Of a stretch of 64,000 bases of DNA, positions 26,832 to 36,309 are shown piece after piece. Under the pieces are notes generated by a model. The model ran no database searches. It saw only the letters and a list, made by a program, of their open reading frames with translations, and was not told where the DNA came from. The position numbers and the translations under genes were made by a program. Within the stretch, counting starts at the first letter, position 1, and each line of letters starts with the position of its first letter. Source of the stretch: a bacterium (lineage in GTDB: Bacteria; Zhuqueibacterota; Zhuqueibacteria; Residuimicrobiales; Krinioviventaceae); NCBI GenBank assembly GCA_963675755.2, contig CAXXMD010000002.1:1344001-1408000 (forward strand), in the 5' to 3' direction.

Positions 26832-27850
26832 AGAGAGCCACCTACCTGTTGTCTGAGTTTTTCTCGTTCCAACCTTAGTTCCTTAATATGTGCCAAGGCT
26901 TGAAAATACAAGTTTTTATTTTTCAATGCAATTGCTTTTTGAAACTCTTTTTCTGCGCTGTCAAAGTCGCCAACAACCTGATATGCCAGTCCCAAATTGT
27001 AATGAGCTTTGGGATCTTGGGGAGTTTGTTTCACAGCTGCTTTAAAAGCATCGAGCGCTTCATCCCACAATCCGTTTTTAGCATATTGCACGCCCATTTT
27101 AACCATACCTTTACCATCTTCAAGTTGATGTTTTTCCTGAACCAGGTGAGGCGCAATCTGGTGAGCAAATTCTTTAACCATCTCTGACATTAAATCATTT
27201 AAAATTGCGTCACGGGCTTTTAAATCTCCACGTCCATTAACAATTTTACCACTGTTGTAAGATTCGCTTTTAGCATTAGATGCTAAAAGTTCTCCGGTTT
27301 CAACATTTACCATTCTAAAAGTAACGGCTGCGGTACCGCGTCTTATCTTGTATTCCTGATCAACCAGAACTGTTTTTGTAATTTCTTCTCTTACTTTTTT
27401 ATCATTTTTAGTAACCACACGGTATTTACCTGTGCCTACTTTTTTCTGCACTTTTTCCCTGCCAACTTCATCGGGTTCTACACGATAAGTAACTACATCT
27501 CCAAAGATTAACCCATCTACGCCCAACAACTGACCAACCTGGCGCGCCGTTGATTCATCAATCACACCGGTCATGGCAAGTTCATGTTCTTTTAATATTT
27601 GATCAACCTTACTGCGTTCAAATATTTGAAAAAACTTGCTGTTCAACAACTCTGTTGTAAGCATGCTTGATGCAAGTGTGCCGGAATTTTCAGGGCCTGA
27701 GAAATCGAGAATTGCAATTTTCTTAATTCCCTTAATGTCAATTTCTGCGGGTTTATAAACAGGCAAGTTGACAACGGTTGGAGCACAGCCGGTGAGAAAC
27801 AATAAAATTGAAAAAAATAAAATAAATACAGATTTTACCTTCATAATCAT
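26828..27850 (-). CDS. CsgG/HfaB-family lipoprotein with a C-terminal TPR
   Basis: Lipobox LTGC; IAILDF..ERSKVDQILKEHELAMTG..GQLLGVDGLIFG..VNVETGE; TPR AHYNLGLAYQVVGDFDSAEKEFQKAI. Confidence 0.75.
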   Translation of the reverse strand: MIMKVKSVFILFFSILLFLTGCAPTVVNLPVYKPAEIDIKGIKKIAILDFSGPENSGTLASSMLTTELLNSKFFQIFERSKVDQILKEHELAMTGVIDESTARQVGQLLGVDGLIFGDVVTYRVEPDEVGREKVQKKVGTGKYRVVTKNDKKVREEITKTVLVDQEYKIRRGTAAVTFRMVNVETGELLASNAKSESYNSGKIVNGRGDLKARDAILNDLMSEMVKEFAHQIAPHLVQEKHQLEDGKGMVKMGVQYAKNGLWDEALDAFKAAVKQTPQDPKAHYNLGLAYQVVGDFDSAEKEFQKAIALKNKNLYFQALAHIKELRLEREKLRQQVGGSL

Positions 27851-27863
27851 TTTCCTGAATTTA

Positions 27864-28850
27864 TTACAGAATTAATGCAGCAGAGCCCCATGTAAATCCG
27901 GCGCCAAATGCCACAAGAACAACAGTTTCGTTTTCTTTTAAACGGCCGGTTTTGACTGCTTCATCCAGTGCAAGAGGAATAGATGCTGCGGATGTGTTAC
28001 CGTAATTGTTCACATTCACAAAAACTTTTTCTGAAGGTAGATTGATGCGTTTGGCTGTTGCGTCAATAATTCGCAGGTTTGCCTGGTGAGAAATGAGTAA
28101 ATCTACATCATCGGATGTAATACCGGATTCTTTGATAACCTTGACAGCGGCGTCACCCATGGATGTTACTGCATATTTAAAAACTTCTCTACCGGCCATC
28201 TGAATATAAAACATTTTATCATCAATATTCTTTTGGGTGGGTAAATTCTTAGTTCCAAAACCGGGAATATGCAGTAAATTGTGAAGGCTGCCATCGCTAT
28301 ATGTCAACGTTTTTAATAAACCGCGTTCACCATCAGAAGGTTTGAGAATCGCTGCACCAGCACCATCACCAAAAAGAACGCAGGTTGTACGGTCGGTATA
28401 ATCTGTAACGCGTGAAAGCAATTCCGCGCCAATAACCAAAATATTTTCAGCTTTTTCAGCCCGAATCAAAGTATCGGCAAGTTCCAATGCATAAATAAAT
28501 CCGGTACATGCTGCTGATATATCAAAAGCAGTAGCATTTACAGCATTTATTTTCTGCTGAACAAAACAGGCAGTAGATGGAAAACCCACATCTCCTGTAA
28601 TGGAAGCCATTATAATATAATCCAGTTCACTGGCATCCATCCCTGCACTTTTCAAAGCATTCAATGCAGCTTCTGCAGCCAGGTCAGATGTATTTTGTCC
28701 TTCTGCTGCTATATGCCGTTTTTCAATTCCGGTACGAGTTCGTATCCATTCATCCGTAGTATCAACAATCTTTTCAAGATCAAAATTGGTAAGCACTTTT
28801 TCAGGAACGGCTGAACCGGTTCCAACAATCATAGATTTTGGTTGTATCAA
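27864..28850 (-). CDS. fabH: 3-oxoacyl-ACP synthase III
   Basis: DEWIRTRTGI, AACTGF, HQAN, YGNTSAAS, GAGFTWG. Confidence 0.97.
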   Translation of the reverse strand: MIQPKSMIVGTGSAVPEKVLTNFDLEKIVDTTDEWIRTRTGIEKRHIAAEGQNTSDLAAEAALNALKSAGMDASELDYIIMASITGDVGFPSTACFVQQKINAVNATAFDISAACTGFIYALELADTLIRAEKAENILVIGAELLSRVTDYTDRTTCVLFGDGAGAAILKPSDGERGLLKTLTYSDGSLHNLLHIPGFGTKNLPTQKNIDDKMFYIQMAGREVFKYAVTSMGDAAVKVIKESGITSDDVDLLISHQANLRIIDATAKRINLPSEKVFVNVNNYGNTSAASIPLALDEAVKTGRLKENETVVLVAFGAGFTWGSAALIL

Positions 28851-28887
28851 TTATTAACTCCATTCATAGTTAGCTAGCCGATTTACA

Positions 28888-29931
28888 TCAATTTTCTACA
28901 GTACTGCTGTCTAGTGATTCCATCTTTTGCTTAATATGATAGTTTACGTTTTCCACAACCATCTTGTTCGCCGCAATTATCGCATTTTTTATGGCGTGCG
29001 GAGTAGATTTTCCATGCGCAATAATACAACACCCATCTACACCAAGTAAAGGGGCGCCGCCGTATTCCTGATAATCAAATGCTTTTTTAATTCCATCAAA
29101 TGTGGGCTTCATCAACAAAGCACCAATTTGAGAAAAAAAGTATTTTCTTACAAAGCGTTTAATACTCACTTTGAACAAACCGAACAAGCTTTCTGCAACT
29201 TTGAGAATAACGTTACCAACAAAACCATCACAAACAACGACATTGGTTTTACCACGAAATATATCGCCGCCTTCAACATTGCCAACAAAATTAAGAGAGC
29301 TTTGCTGAAACAGTTCATTGGCTTTAATTACAGCCTCATTGCCCTTGGAATTTTCATGACCGACACTTAACAATCCTACAGTAGCATCTTCTTTGGCAAA
29401 GATATGAGAATAATAAACTTCGCCCATGATACCAAATTGTAAAAGATCAAGTGGACGGCAATCCACATTGGCGCCCATATCGGTCAACATTACCGGCCCT
29501 TTTTCAGAAGGCAGTAAAGTTCCAATTGCAGGACGCCGTATACCTTTAATACGTTTCAATCCAAACAAGGCCGAAGCCATAACAGCACCGGTATTACCGG
29601 CACTTACAAACGCATCAACCTCACCTTCTTTCAGCATCTTGATTCCTACCGCTATAGATGAATCTTTTTTCTTTAAAGCACTAGAAGGTTGTTCATCCAT
29701 TAAAACAGTTTCGGAAGCATGCACAATTTCCAGAGGCAAGTTCTGTGTATGAAAATGATGTGATATTTCCTCTTCAATCGTTTCTTTATCACCCACCAGA
29801 ACTACGGTATATTGTCCCTTTGAAGCACGAGCAGCTTCTATACCACCATGGACAACATCATGGGGAGCATTGTCCCCTCCCATTGCATCAAGGACGATTT
29901 TATTCAAATCAAACTCCACTTGTTTTTCCAA
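28888..29931 (-). CDS. plsX: Phosphate acyltransferase PlsX
   Basis: DAMGGDNAP, SAGNTGA, DGFVGN, YGGAPLLG, HGKS. Confidence 0.96.
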   Translation of the reverse strand: MEKQVEFDLNKIVLDAMGGDNAPHDVVHGGIEAARASKGQYTVVLVGDKETIEEEISHHFHTQNLPLEIVHASETVLMDEQPSSALKKKDSSIAVGIKMLKEGEVDAFVSAGNTGAVMASALFGLKRIKGIRRPAIGTLLPSEKGPVMLTDMGANVDCRPLDLLQFGIMGEVYYSHIFAKEDATVGLLSVGHENSKGNEAVIKANELFQQSSLNFVGNVEGGDIFRGKTNVVVCDGFVGNVILKVAESLFGLFKVSIKRFVRKYFFSQIGALLMKPTFDGIKKAFDYQEYGGAPLLGVDGCCIIAHGKSTPHAIKNAIIAANKMVVENVNYHIKQKMESLDSSTVEN

Positions 29932-29989
29932 AAAACATTTAAATGCAATACAATAATGTCAATTGTGCTTATACTGAAAGGGTTGATCA

Positions 29990-30172
29990 TTATGATTCTC
30001 TGGGAAGAAATATCGAACGGCCTTTGTAATATCCACAATTAGGACACGCACGATGCGGCAGCTTGGGCTGGTGACAATTTGAACATTCTGTAACGGTTGG
30101 AGCTGCAGATTTCCAGTTTGCTCTGCGTTTATCACGACGTGATTTGGACTGTCTTCTTTTAGGTAATGCCAT
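29990..30172 (-). CDS. rpmF: 50S ribosomal protein L32
   Basis: MALPKRRQSKSRRDKRR, with CxxC..CxxCGYY zinc motif. Confidence 0.97.
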   Translation of the reverse strand: MALPKRRQSKSRRDKRRANWKSAAPTVTECSNCHQPKLPHRACPNCGYYKGRSIFLPRES

Positions 30173-30189
30173 TTTATCCTCGTTAATGT

Positions 30190-30696
30190 TTAAGAGTTAA
30201 ATTTAATATTTTTCAGGGCTTCCCAACGCGGATCAATTGTATCTGTTTTACAATCGCACGCTCCTGTATTGAGATTCTTGCCGCACTTGCTGCATAGCCC
30301 TTTACAACTTTCATCACAAACATGTTTATACGGAACTGCTATCAGCAGTGCCTGCCGTACAGATTCCGAAACATCTATAATATTTGAAGAATCAACAATA
30401 GGATAGACATCATCTTCACTCTCATTGTAAATATCCGCATTGGGAGTAAAGATAATATCAATCTCTTCATCAATATCATATTGAAAGGGTTCCAAACACC
30501 GGTCACATTCCAACATGGCATTGGTTACAAGGTGTGTTTTTAAAAAAAACTCGGCACCTACTTTATTGATATTAAATTCTATATTAATATCGTTGCTAAA
30601 CTCTTTACTATCTTCAAGACCTAGTTCTTCGGCCGTGACTGTCCTTTTATCAGAAGTTATACTATCTGAAAAAACGGATATATCTAACTTTAACAC
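30190..30696 (-). CDS. yceD: DUF177/YceD family protein
   Basis: CDRCL, C..CKGLC..CG..LN, DPRWEAL; canonical position upstream of rpmF. Confidence 0.92.
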   Translation of the reverse strand: MLKLDISVFSDSITSDKRTVTAEELGLEDSKEFSNDINIEFNINKVGAEFFLKTHLVTNAMLECDRCLEPFQYDIDEEIDIIFTPNADIYNESEDDVYPIVDSSNIIDVSESVRQALLIAVPYKHVCDESCKGLCSKCGKNLNTGACDCKTDTIDPRWEALKNIKFNS

Positions 30697-30723
30697 GAGT
30701 TTAAATTCTCCAAATCAGTCACA

Positions 30724-30752
30724 AATTTAGCAAAACAAGTTCTAATTGTCAA
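30724..30752 (-). promoter_or_regulatory. Sigma-70 promoter for the yceD-rpmF-plsX-fab operon
   Basis: TTGACA-N17-TAAATT on the minus strand. Confidence 0.6.
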
Positions 30753-30785
30753 GGTAAAATTTTAAAATCTGAATTTAATTCACAT

Positions 30786-31199
30786 TCAAAGAACTTCGGA
30801 TGTACTGAAAAAGAAAGAGATCTCTTTTTCAGCATTTTCTGGCGAGTCTGAACCGTGTACAACGTTACGTCTTGTATTTTCAGCAAATTCTTTACGAATT
30901 GTACCCTCGGCAGCATTCTCCGGATCAGTGCTCCCCATTAGTTTACGGTAATCCTGCACCGCGTTTTCCTTTTCCAGTACCAGCAAAATACTGGGACCTT
31001 CAGTCATAAAATCAATCAACGGCTCATAAAAAGGACGACCTTTATGAACACTATAGAACCCTTCAGCTACAGCTTTGGTCATTTTTATCATTTTACAGGC
31101 AATCAGTTTGAAACCTGCCGCTTCAATTTTGGCAATTATTTTTCCACTATGTCCCTGCTCTACACCATCCGGCTTTAAAATAGCTAATGTACGTTCCAT
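30786..31199 (-). CDS. ndk: Nucleoside diphosphate kinase
   Basis: ERTLAILKPD, GTIR, NVVHGSDS. Confidence 0.97.
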   Translation of the reverse strand: MERTLAILKPDGVEQGHSGKIIAKIEAAGFKLIACKMIKMTKAVAEGFYSVHKGRPFYEPLIDFMTEGPSILLVLEKENAVQDYRKLMGSTDPENAAEGTIRKEFAENTRRNVVHGSDSPENAEKEISFFFSTSEVL

Positions 31200-31232
31200 A
31201 TTCTGGTTCTCCTTTTATAACTGGTACGGGTT

Positions 31233-31781
31233 TTACAGTTTCTCTCCTTCTTCAAGACCTACTTGAAAAGCTTTGAAATTGAGCTCTTCGGTGCCTTTGG
31301 GTACTCGGGCTTCTATTGCCTGTCGAAGGGCATCCTGTGAAACAATCTTGGATACGTTTGCAATAATTCCCAAAGCAACAATATTTGCAACAAGGGAACG
31401 CCCCACTTTTTCAGTAGCTAAACGAATGATTGGCGCTTTAATTACTTTGAATCCGGGATTATCACCGGGATTCACAGCATCCTGATCAATTATTACGACA
31501 CCATCTTTTTTAACATCATGACTGTATTTATCAAAAGATTCCTGCGTTAGAGCCAGCAGCAAATCGATATTAACAGCCTTGGGATAATCAATATCGCCAT
31601 CAGAAATAATTACTTCTGAACGACTTGCGCCGCCACGGGCCTCGGGACCATAAGACTGACTTTGTGTAGCATTCAACTCATCATAAATGGCTGCTGCTTC
31701 TGCCAGAATTTTACCGGCCAATACCAATCCCTGGCCTCCCTCACCACTTAAACGGACCTCATAGCGAAAACTCATAACCAT
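31233..31781 (-). CDS. korC: 2-oxoacid:ferredoxin oxidoreductase gamma subunit
   Basis: GEGGQG, QSYGPEARGGAS, ANIVALG. Confidence 0.9.
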   Translation of the reverse strand: MVMSFRYEVRLSGEGGQGLVLAGKILAEAAAIYDELNATQSQSYGPEARGGASRSEVIISDGDIDYPKAVNIDLLLALTQESFDKYSHDVKKDGVVIIDQDAVNPGDNPGFKVIKAPIIRLATEKVGRSLVANIVALGIIANVSKIVSQDALRQAIEARVPKGTEELNFKAFQVGLEEGEKL

Positions 31782-31799
31782 TGCTCCAAATATTTAAGA

Positions 31800-32609
31800 C
31801 TATTTATTGTATTGATCAATAATTTTTTGATATTCTTCACGAAATTCGGGTTTTTCTTCATCAACAAAAACACCCGTTACTATTTTTTCTGCAAGTTCTT
31901 GTGGCAATAATTTTTCTGCCTTTAAAACCGGAATACTGTCTTTTTTCTGCTGTTTGAGCATCTCAACTCCATTGCCCATTTTATTTCGACGTCCATAGGT
32001 AGTTGGACAAGGCGTCATAACTTCTACAACAGAAAAACCTTTTGTATCAATAGCTTTTGATATATACTTTTCAACCTGAACCGGATTTGCCACAGTTGTT
32101 CTTGCTACAAATGAAGCACCGGCAGCTTTTGCCAAACCACTAATATTAAAATTATTCTCCGTATTGCCCAATGGTGCAGTACTCGCTTTACGGCCTGCAG
32201 GTGTTGTAGGCGAAACTTGACCACCAGTCATTCCATAAATCTGGTTATTGAACAAAACTACAGTCAAATCTATATTTCTGCGTGCCGCATGGATGTAATG
32301 ATTTCCACCAATTGAGGTTGCATCACCATCACCGGTAACAACGATCACATGTAAATTCGGTTTTGCCAGTTTAATACCAGTGGCAAAGGTCAATGCACGG
32401 CCATGGGTTGTGTGCAGGGTATTAAAATCTACATAACCGGTTAAACGGCTTGAACAGCCAATACCGGAGACCATAACAACTTCATCTTTGTCAAAACCAC
32501 TTTTATGGACCGCCCGTATCAATGATTTGAGTACAATACCGTCACCACACCCGGGACACCAGATCAACGGTAATTTAGATGAACGTAAATAATAATCATA
32601 ATCAAACAC
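31800..32609 (-). CDS. korB: 2-oxoacid:ferredoxin oxidoreductase beta subunit
   Basis: WCPGCG, SGIGCS, HTTHGR, GDGD..NNQIYGMTGGQ (TPP motif). Likely GTG start at 32609. Confidence 0.92.
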   Translation of the reverse strand: MFDYDYYLRSSKLPLIWCPGCGDGIVLKSLIRAVHKSGFDKDEVVMVSGIGCSSRLTGYVDFNTLHTTHGRALTFATGIKLAKPNLHVIVVTGDGDATSIGGNHYIHAARRNIDLTVVLFNNQIYGMTGGQVSPTTPAGRKASTAPLGNTENNFNISGLAKAAGASFVARTTVANPVQVEKYISKAIDTKGFSVVEVMTPCPTTYGRRNKMGNGVEMLKQQKKDSIPVLKAEKLLPQELAEKIVTGVFVDEEKPEFREEYQKIIDQYNK

Positions 32610-33735
32610 GGCTTTTTTCCTTAATAAATTCAAGTATTTCGTAGGGATTAATAGGTTCACCATTGTATTTATTAAATGGAGAAACCGGTACCTTACCTCT
32701 AACAGCCCACTCTACTTCATGAAAGATCTGTCCCATATTCAACTCGGGAACAATCCACTGATTCACTTTATCGGTAAACTCTTGAATAACCTCATGTGCA
32801 AAAGGCCATAATGTTTTGAGACGAAGCATGCCTACCTTTATTCCTTCTTCACGCGCCATTTGCAAAGCCTGACGAGCTGAACGAGAAGCCGATCCATATG
32901 CTAAAATACCAATTTCAGCATCTTCCATATCTATCAATTCATAACTAATTATTTCATCTTTACGTTTGGCAATCTTGCGGTCCAACCTGTCCATCAAGGC
33001 TTTTATCTTGGCGGTATCATTTGTAGGAAATCCGGTTTCATCATGCGCAAGGCCCGTAACATGATACCTGTATCCTGATCCAAAATCAGCCATAGGTGGT
33101 ACATCAGAATCCGTCATCTGGTACGGTAAATAATCATCGTGACCACCTGTAGGACGAACTCGGTCAATAATTTCTACATTTTTCAGATCAGGAATAGTTA
33201 CTTTTTCATTCACATGCCCAATAATTTCGTCCAGCAAAAGAACAACCGGAGTACGAAATTTTTCAGCCAGGTTAAAGGCGCGTATGGTTTCATCATAGAT
33301 CTCGCGCACACTATTGGGCGCAAGAGCAATAATTTGGTGATCGCCATGAGTGCCCCATCTTGCCTGCATAACATCACCCTGAGACGGTAACGTCGGTAAA
33401 CCTGTACTGGGACCGCCACGCATAACGTTGACAATAACACATGGAATTTCAGACATAACTGCATATCCCAAATTTTCCTGCATTAGAGAAAAACCGGGAC
33501 CACTTGTAGCAGTCATTGTTTTAGCCCCCGTAAGTGAAGCGCCTATAATTGAACCAATAGAAGCAATTTCATCTTCCATTTGCACAAATACGCCATTGTG
33601 TTTTGGCAACTCAACTGCAAGCACTTCGGCTATTTCTGATGAAGGGGTAATTGGGTATCCTCCAAAAAAACTTAAACCTGCTGCAAGTGCCGCTTCCGCA
33701 CATGCTTCATTACCTGAAATAATTTTCGTTTCCAT
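32602..33735 (-). CDS. korA: 2-oxoacid:ferredoxin oxidoreductase alpha subunit
   Basis: YPITPSSE, QMEDEIAS, TATSGPGFSL, RGGPSTGLPT, ELNMGQ. Confidence 0.92.
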   Translation of the reverse strand: METKIISGNEACAEAALAAGLSFFGGYPITPSSEIAEVLAVELPKHNGVFVQMEDEIASIGSIIGASLTGAKTMTATSGPGFSLMQENLGYAVMSEIPCVIVNVMRGGPSTGLPTLPSQGDVMQARWGTHGDHQIIALAPNSVREIYDETIRAFNLAEKFRTPVVLLLDEIIGHVNEKVTIPDLKNVEIIDRVRPTGGHDDYLPYQMTDSDVPPMADFGSGYRYHVTGLAHDETGFPTNDTAKIKALMDRLDRKIAKRKDEIISYELIDMEDAEIGILAYGSASRSARQALQMAREEGIKVGMLRLKTLWPFAHEVIQEFTDKVNQWIVPELNMGQIFHEVEWAVRGKVPVSPFNKYNGEPINPYEILEFIKEKSRV

Positions 33736-33959
33736 TATTCTTTACCCTCCCCAGCTTCCGGATCAGCTGTTACCTCAATAGCAAAATCCGGACAATACAA
33801 TTCACACAAGCCACATGCTGTACATGCGCTCAGATTTTTGACATGCGCAATTCCATCCCGCATTTCCAAAACATCATGCGGACAAAATTCTACACAAATC
33901 TCACATCCCTTACACCAGGATGGTTTGACCTTGACGTCAATATTTTTGTATTTAGCCAT
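33735..33959 (-). CDS. korD: 2[4Fe-4S] delta subunit of 2-oxoacid:ferredoxin oxidoreductase
   Basis: CKGCEICVEFCP and CTACGLCELYCPDFAI. Likely ATG start at 33959. Confidence 0.88.
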   Translation of the reverse strand: MAKYKNIDVKVKPSWCKGCEICVEFCPHDVLEMRDGIAHVKNLSACTACGLCELYCPDFAIEVTADPEAGEGKE

Positions 33960-34932
33960 GATGACTTTCCATTTGATTATGAGCAATCACAGTGCCTGTT
34001 TTCCCTTCTAACGCGTCTGCCAGTCCTTCTACTGAACAAATACAGACTTTATGACCTCCATTCTCTAAAAACTGAATTGCGGCCTTAATTTTGGGTCCCA
34101 TGCTTCCCATGGGAAACTGTCCTTCTTTAAGATAATGTTGGGCTGTATCAATATCAAGATAATCGAGGAATTTTTGACCTGCCTGCCTATAATTTACGGC
34201 GACTTTTTCCACTGCGGTGAGTATATAAAGCTCTGTTGCACCAATATCATGGGCCAATACTGCAGAAGCCAGGTCTTTATCTATTACAGCATCCACACCT
34301 TCCAAAGAGCCGTTCTTTTCACGATAAACCGGAATACCACCACCACCAGCAGCAATGACAAGCACACCCTGGTGAACAAGCTGCCTGATTATTTCCGCTT
34401 CTACAATTGCCAGAGGATGCGGGGATGGTACAACCCGGCGATACCCTCTGCCGGAATCTTCTTTTAAAGTATAACCACGTTCTTCCTGAAGAGATTCCAC
34501 TTGATTCTCTTTATAAAAAGGACCAACAAACTTGACCGGGTCATGAATTGAAGGATCATCCTTTGAAACAAGCACCTGGGTCAATATTGTAGCCACTTTA
34601 CGATCAATATTTCGATCCAAAAGTTTGTTTTGCAGGGTCTGTTCAATCATGTAACCCATACCACCTTCAAGATCAGCAACAATCACACCAAGCGGTACTG
34701 GCGGCACCATGTGACGTGCCGCCTCTACCCGTATTAATGCATTGCCAACCTGAGGGCCATTACCATGTGTTATAGCCAACTTATATCCGCGTTCAACCAG
34801 CTCAACCACTCCAAACAATGCTTTACGCGTATTGGCAAACTGTTGGTAAATATTACCCTCTTCAAACTCGCGGGTAATCGCATTGCCGCCCAAAGCAACA
34901 ACAGCAATGCGATCTTTATCCGGCTTTTCCAT
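33952..34932 (-). CDS. arcC: Carbamate kinase
   Basis: VALGGNA, THGNGPQVG, RRVVPSP, GGGGIPV, AVIDKD, GSMGPK. Confidence 0.96.
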   Translation of the reverse strand: MEKPDKDRIAVVALGGNAITREFEEGNIYQQFANTRKALFGVVELVERGYKLAITHGNGPQVGNALIRVEAARHMVPPVPLGVIVADLEGGMGYMIEQTLQNKLLDRNIDRKVATILTQVLVSKDDPSIHDPVKFVGPFYKENQVESLQEERGYTLKEDSGRGYRRVVPSPHPLAIVEAEIIRQLVHQGVLVIAAGGGGIPVYREKNGSLEGVDAVIDKDLASAVLAHDIGATELYILTAVEKVAVNYRQAGQKFLDYLDIDTAQHYLKEGQFPMGSMGPKIKAAIQFLENGGHKVCICSVEGLADALEGKTGTVIAHNQMESHHG

Positions 34933-34934
34933 TT

Positions 34935-36245
34935 CTAAATATTCTTTAATGCGTCATGCAGGGTTAATGCACCAATTTCCTGTAAATCATAATAAACCCG
35001 TACAGACGGCTTTTTAATATTAATCACACGATTCAGATCAATTGGAGTTCCAATAATTACCGTGTCACAATCTGTTGCGTTAATTGTAGCTTCAAGGTCA
35101 CGTAACTGTTCTTCACCGTAACCCATTGCAGGCAGCAGTTGCCCAATTCCGGGATAAATATCAAAAGTTTCCTGCAATCTACCTTTGAGATACGGACGTG
35201 GATCAACCAAACGCTCAGCACCCCAGCGCTCGGCAGCCACTACACCCGCGCCATAGGTCATCTCTCCATGTGTCAATGTGGGGCCGTCTTCAACAACAAG
35301 AACCCGCTTGCCACGAATTAATTCAGGATCATCAACACGAATGGGTGATGCAGCATCAATAATCTGCGCTTTAGGATTAAATGTACGAACATTATCACGT
35401 ACATCTTCAATATCTTCAAATTCTGCTTCAACAACTTTGTTTATGATAACATAATCTGCCATTCTGAGATTGGTTTCACCAGGATGATAAGAAATTTCGT
35501 GACCTGATCTTAATGGATCCGCAACCACAATATGTACATCGGGTTTATAAAATGGCGTATCATTATTGCCGCCATCCCACAAGATCACATCTGCTTCTTT
35601 TTCAGCTTCAGCAAGGATGGCACCATAATCTACACCCGCATATATAACAGAACCACTGGCAATATGGGGTTCATATTCTTCCATTTCTTCAATGGTACAA
35701 TTGTGTTTTTTCAAATCATCCAGCGTTGCAAACCGTTGTACTTTTTGTGCGGCTAAATCTCCATACGGCATGGGATGACGAATAGCTACAACCTTTTTGC
35801 CTTTTGCTTTAAGAATTTCTGCTACTCTGCGTGTTGTTTGACTTTTACCGCAACCTGTCCGAACTGCGCAAATTGAAACCACCGGTACTTTGGATTCAAG
35901 CATGGTGTATTTGGGGCCCAGTAAATTAAAGCTGGCGCCCAGCGCATTGACTTCTGACGCTTTGTTCATTACATACTCGTGCGGAACATCGCTGTATGAA
36001 AAGAACACTTCGTCAATGTCATGATCACGGACCAATTTAGCCAGGTCTTCTTCGGGATGGATAGGAATACCATTGGGGTACAAGGGACCTGCCAGCTCCG
36101 CGGGGTATTTCCTCCCCTCAATATCCGGAATCTGGGTAGCTGTAAAAGCTACTACCTCGTACTCTTGGTGTTCGCGAAAGTAAGTGTTAAAGTTGTGAAA
36201 ATCGCGTCCTGCTGCTCCCATGATCAATGCTTTACGCTTTGCCAT
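34935..36245 (-). CDS. arcE: Arginine synthetase (ArcE)-like P-loop protein (family often annotated as GTPase or cyclic 2,3-diphosphoglycerate synthetase-like)
   Basis: MGAAGRDFHNFN..VAFTATQIPDIEGR.YP.ELAG N-terminus, AVRTGCGKSQT P-loop, RHPMPYG, WDGGNND, EDGPTLTHG; 2 nt upstream of carbamate kinase. Confidence 0.75.
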   Translation of the reverse strand: MAKRKALIMGAAGRDFHNFNTYFREHQEYEVVAFTATQIPDIEGRKYPAELAGPLYPNGIPIHPEEDLAKLVRDHDIDEVFFSYSDVPHEYVMNKASEVNALGASFNLLGPKYTMLESKVPVVSICAVRTGCGKSQTTRRVAEILKAKGKKVVAIRHPMPYGDLAAQKVQRFATLDDLKKHNCTIEEMEEYEPHIASGSVIYAGVDYGAILAEAEKEADVILWDGGNNDTPFYKPDVHIVVADPLRSGHEISYHPGETNLRMADYVIINKVVEAEFEDIEDVRDNVRTFNPKAQIIDAASPIRVDDPELIRGKRVLVVEDGPTLTHGEMTYGAGVVAAERWGAERLVDPRPYLKGRLQETFDIYPGIGQLLPAMGYGEEQLRDLEATINATDCDTVIIGTPIDLNRVINIKKPSVRVYYDLQEIGALTLHDALKNI

Positions 36246-36270
36246 AACTTACTCCTTTTGGTTTTAGCAT

Positions 36271-36304
36271 AAAAAAAAGGCAGGTGTAGTTTTCACCTGC
36301 CTTT
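36271..36304 (-). terminator. Terminator after dusB
   Basis: AAAGGCAGGTG-AAAACTA-CACCTGCCTTTTTTTT on the minus strand. Confidence 0.8.
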
Positions 36305-36309
36305 GGTAA

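Noticed and set aside
34935-36245. Cyclic 2,3-diphosphoglycerate synthetase or generic GTPase annotation
   Set aside because: No 2-phosphoglycerate kinase is nearby. The GAAGRDFHNFN N-terminus and adjacency to carbamate kinase favour ArcE.
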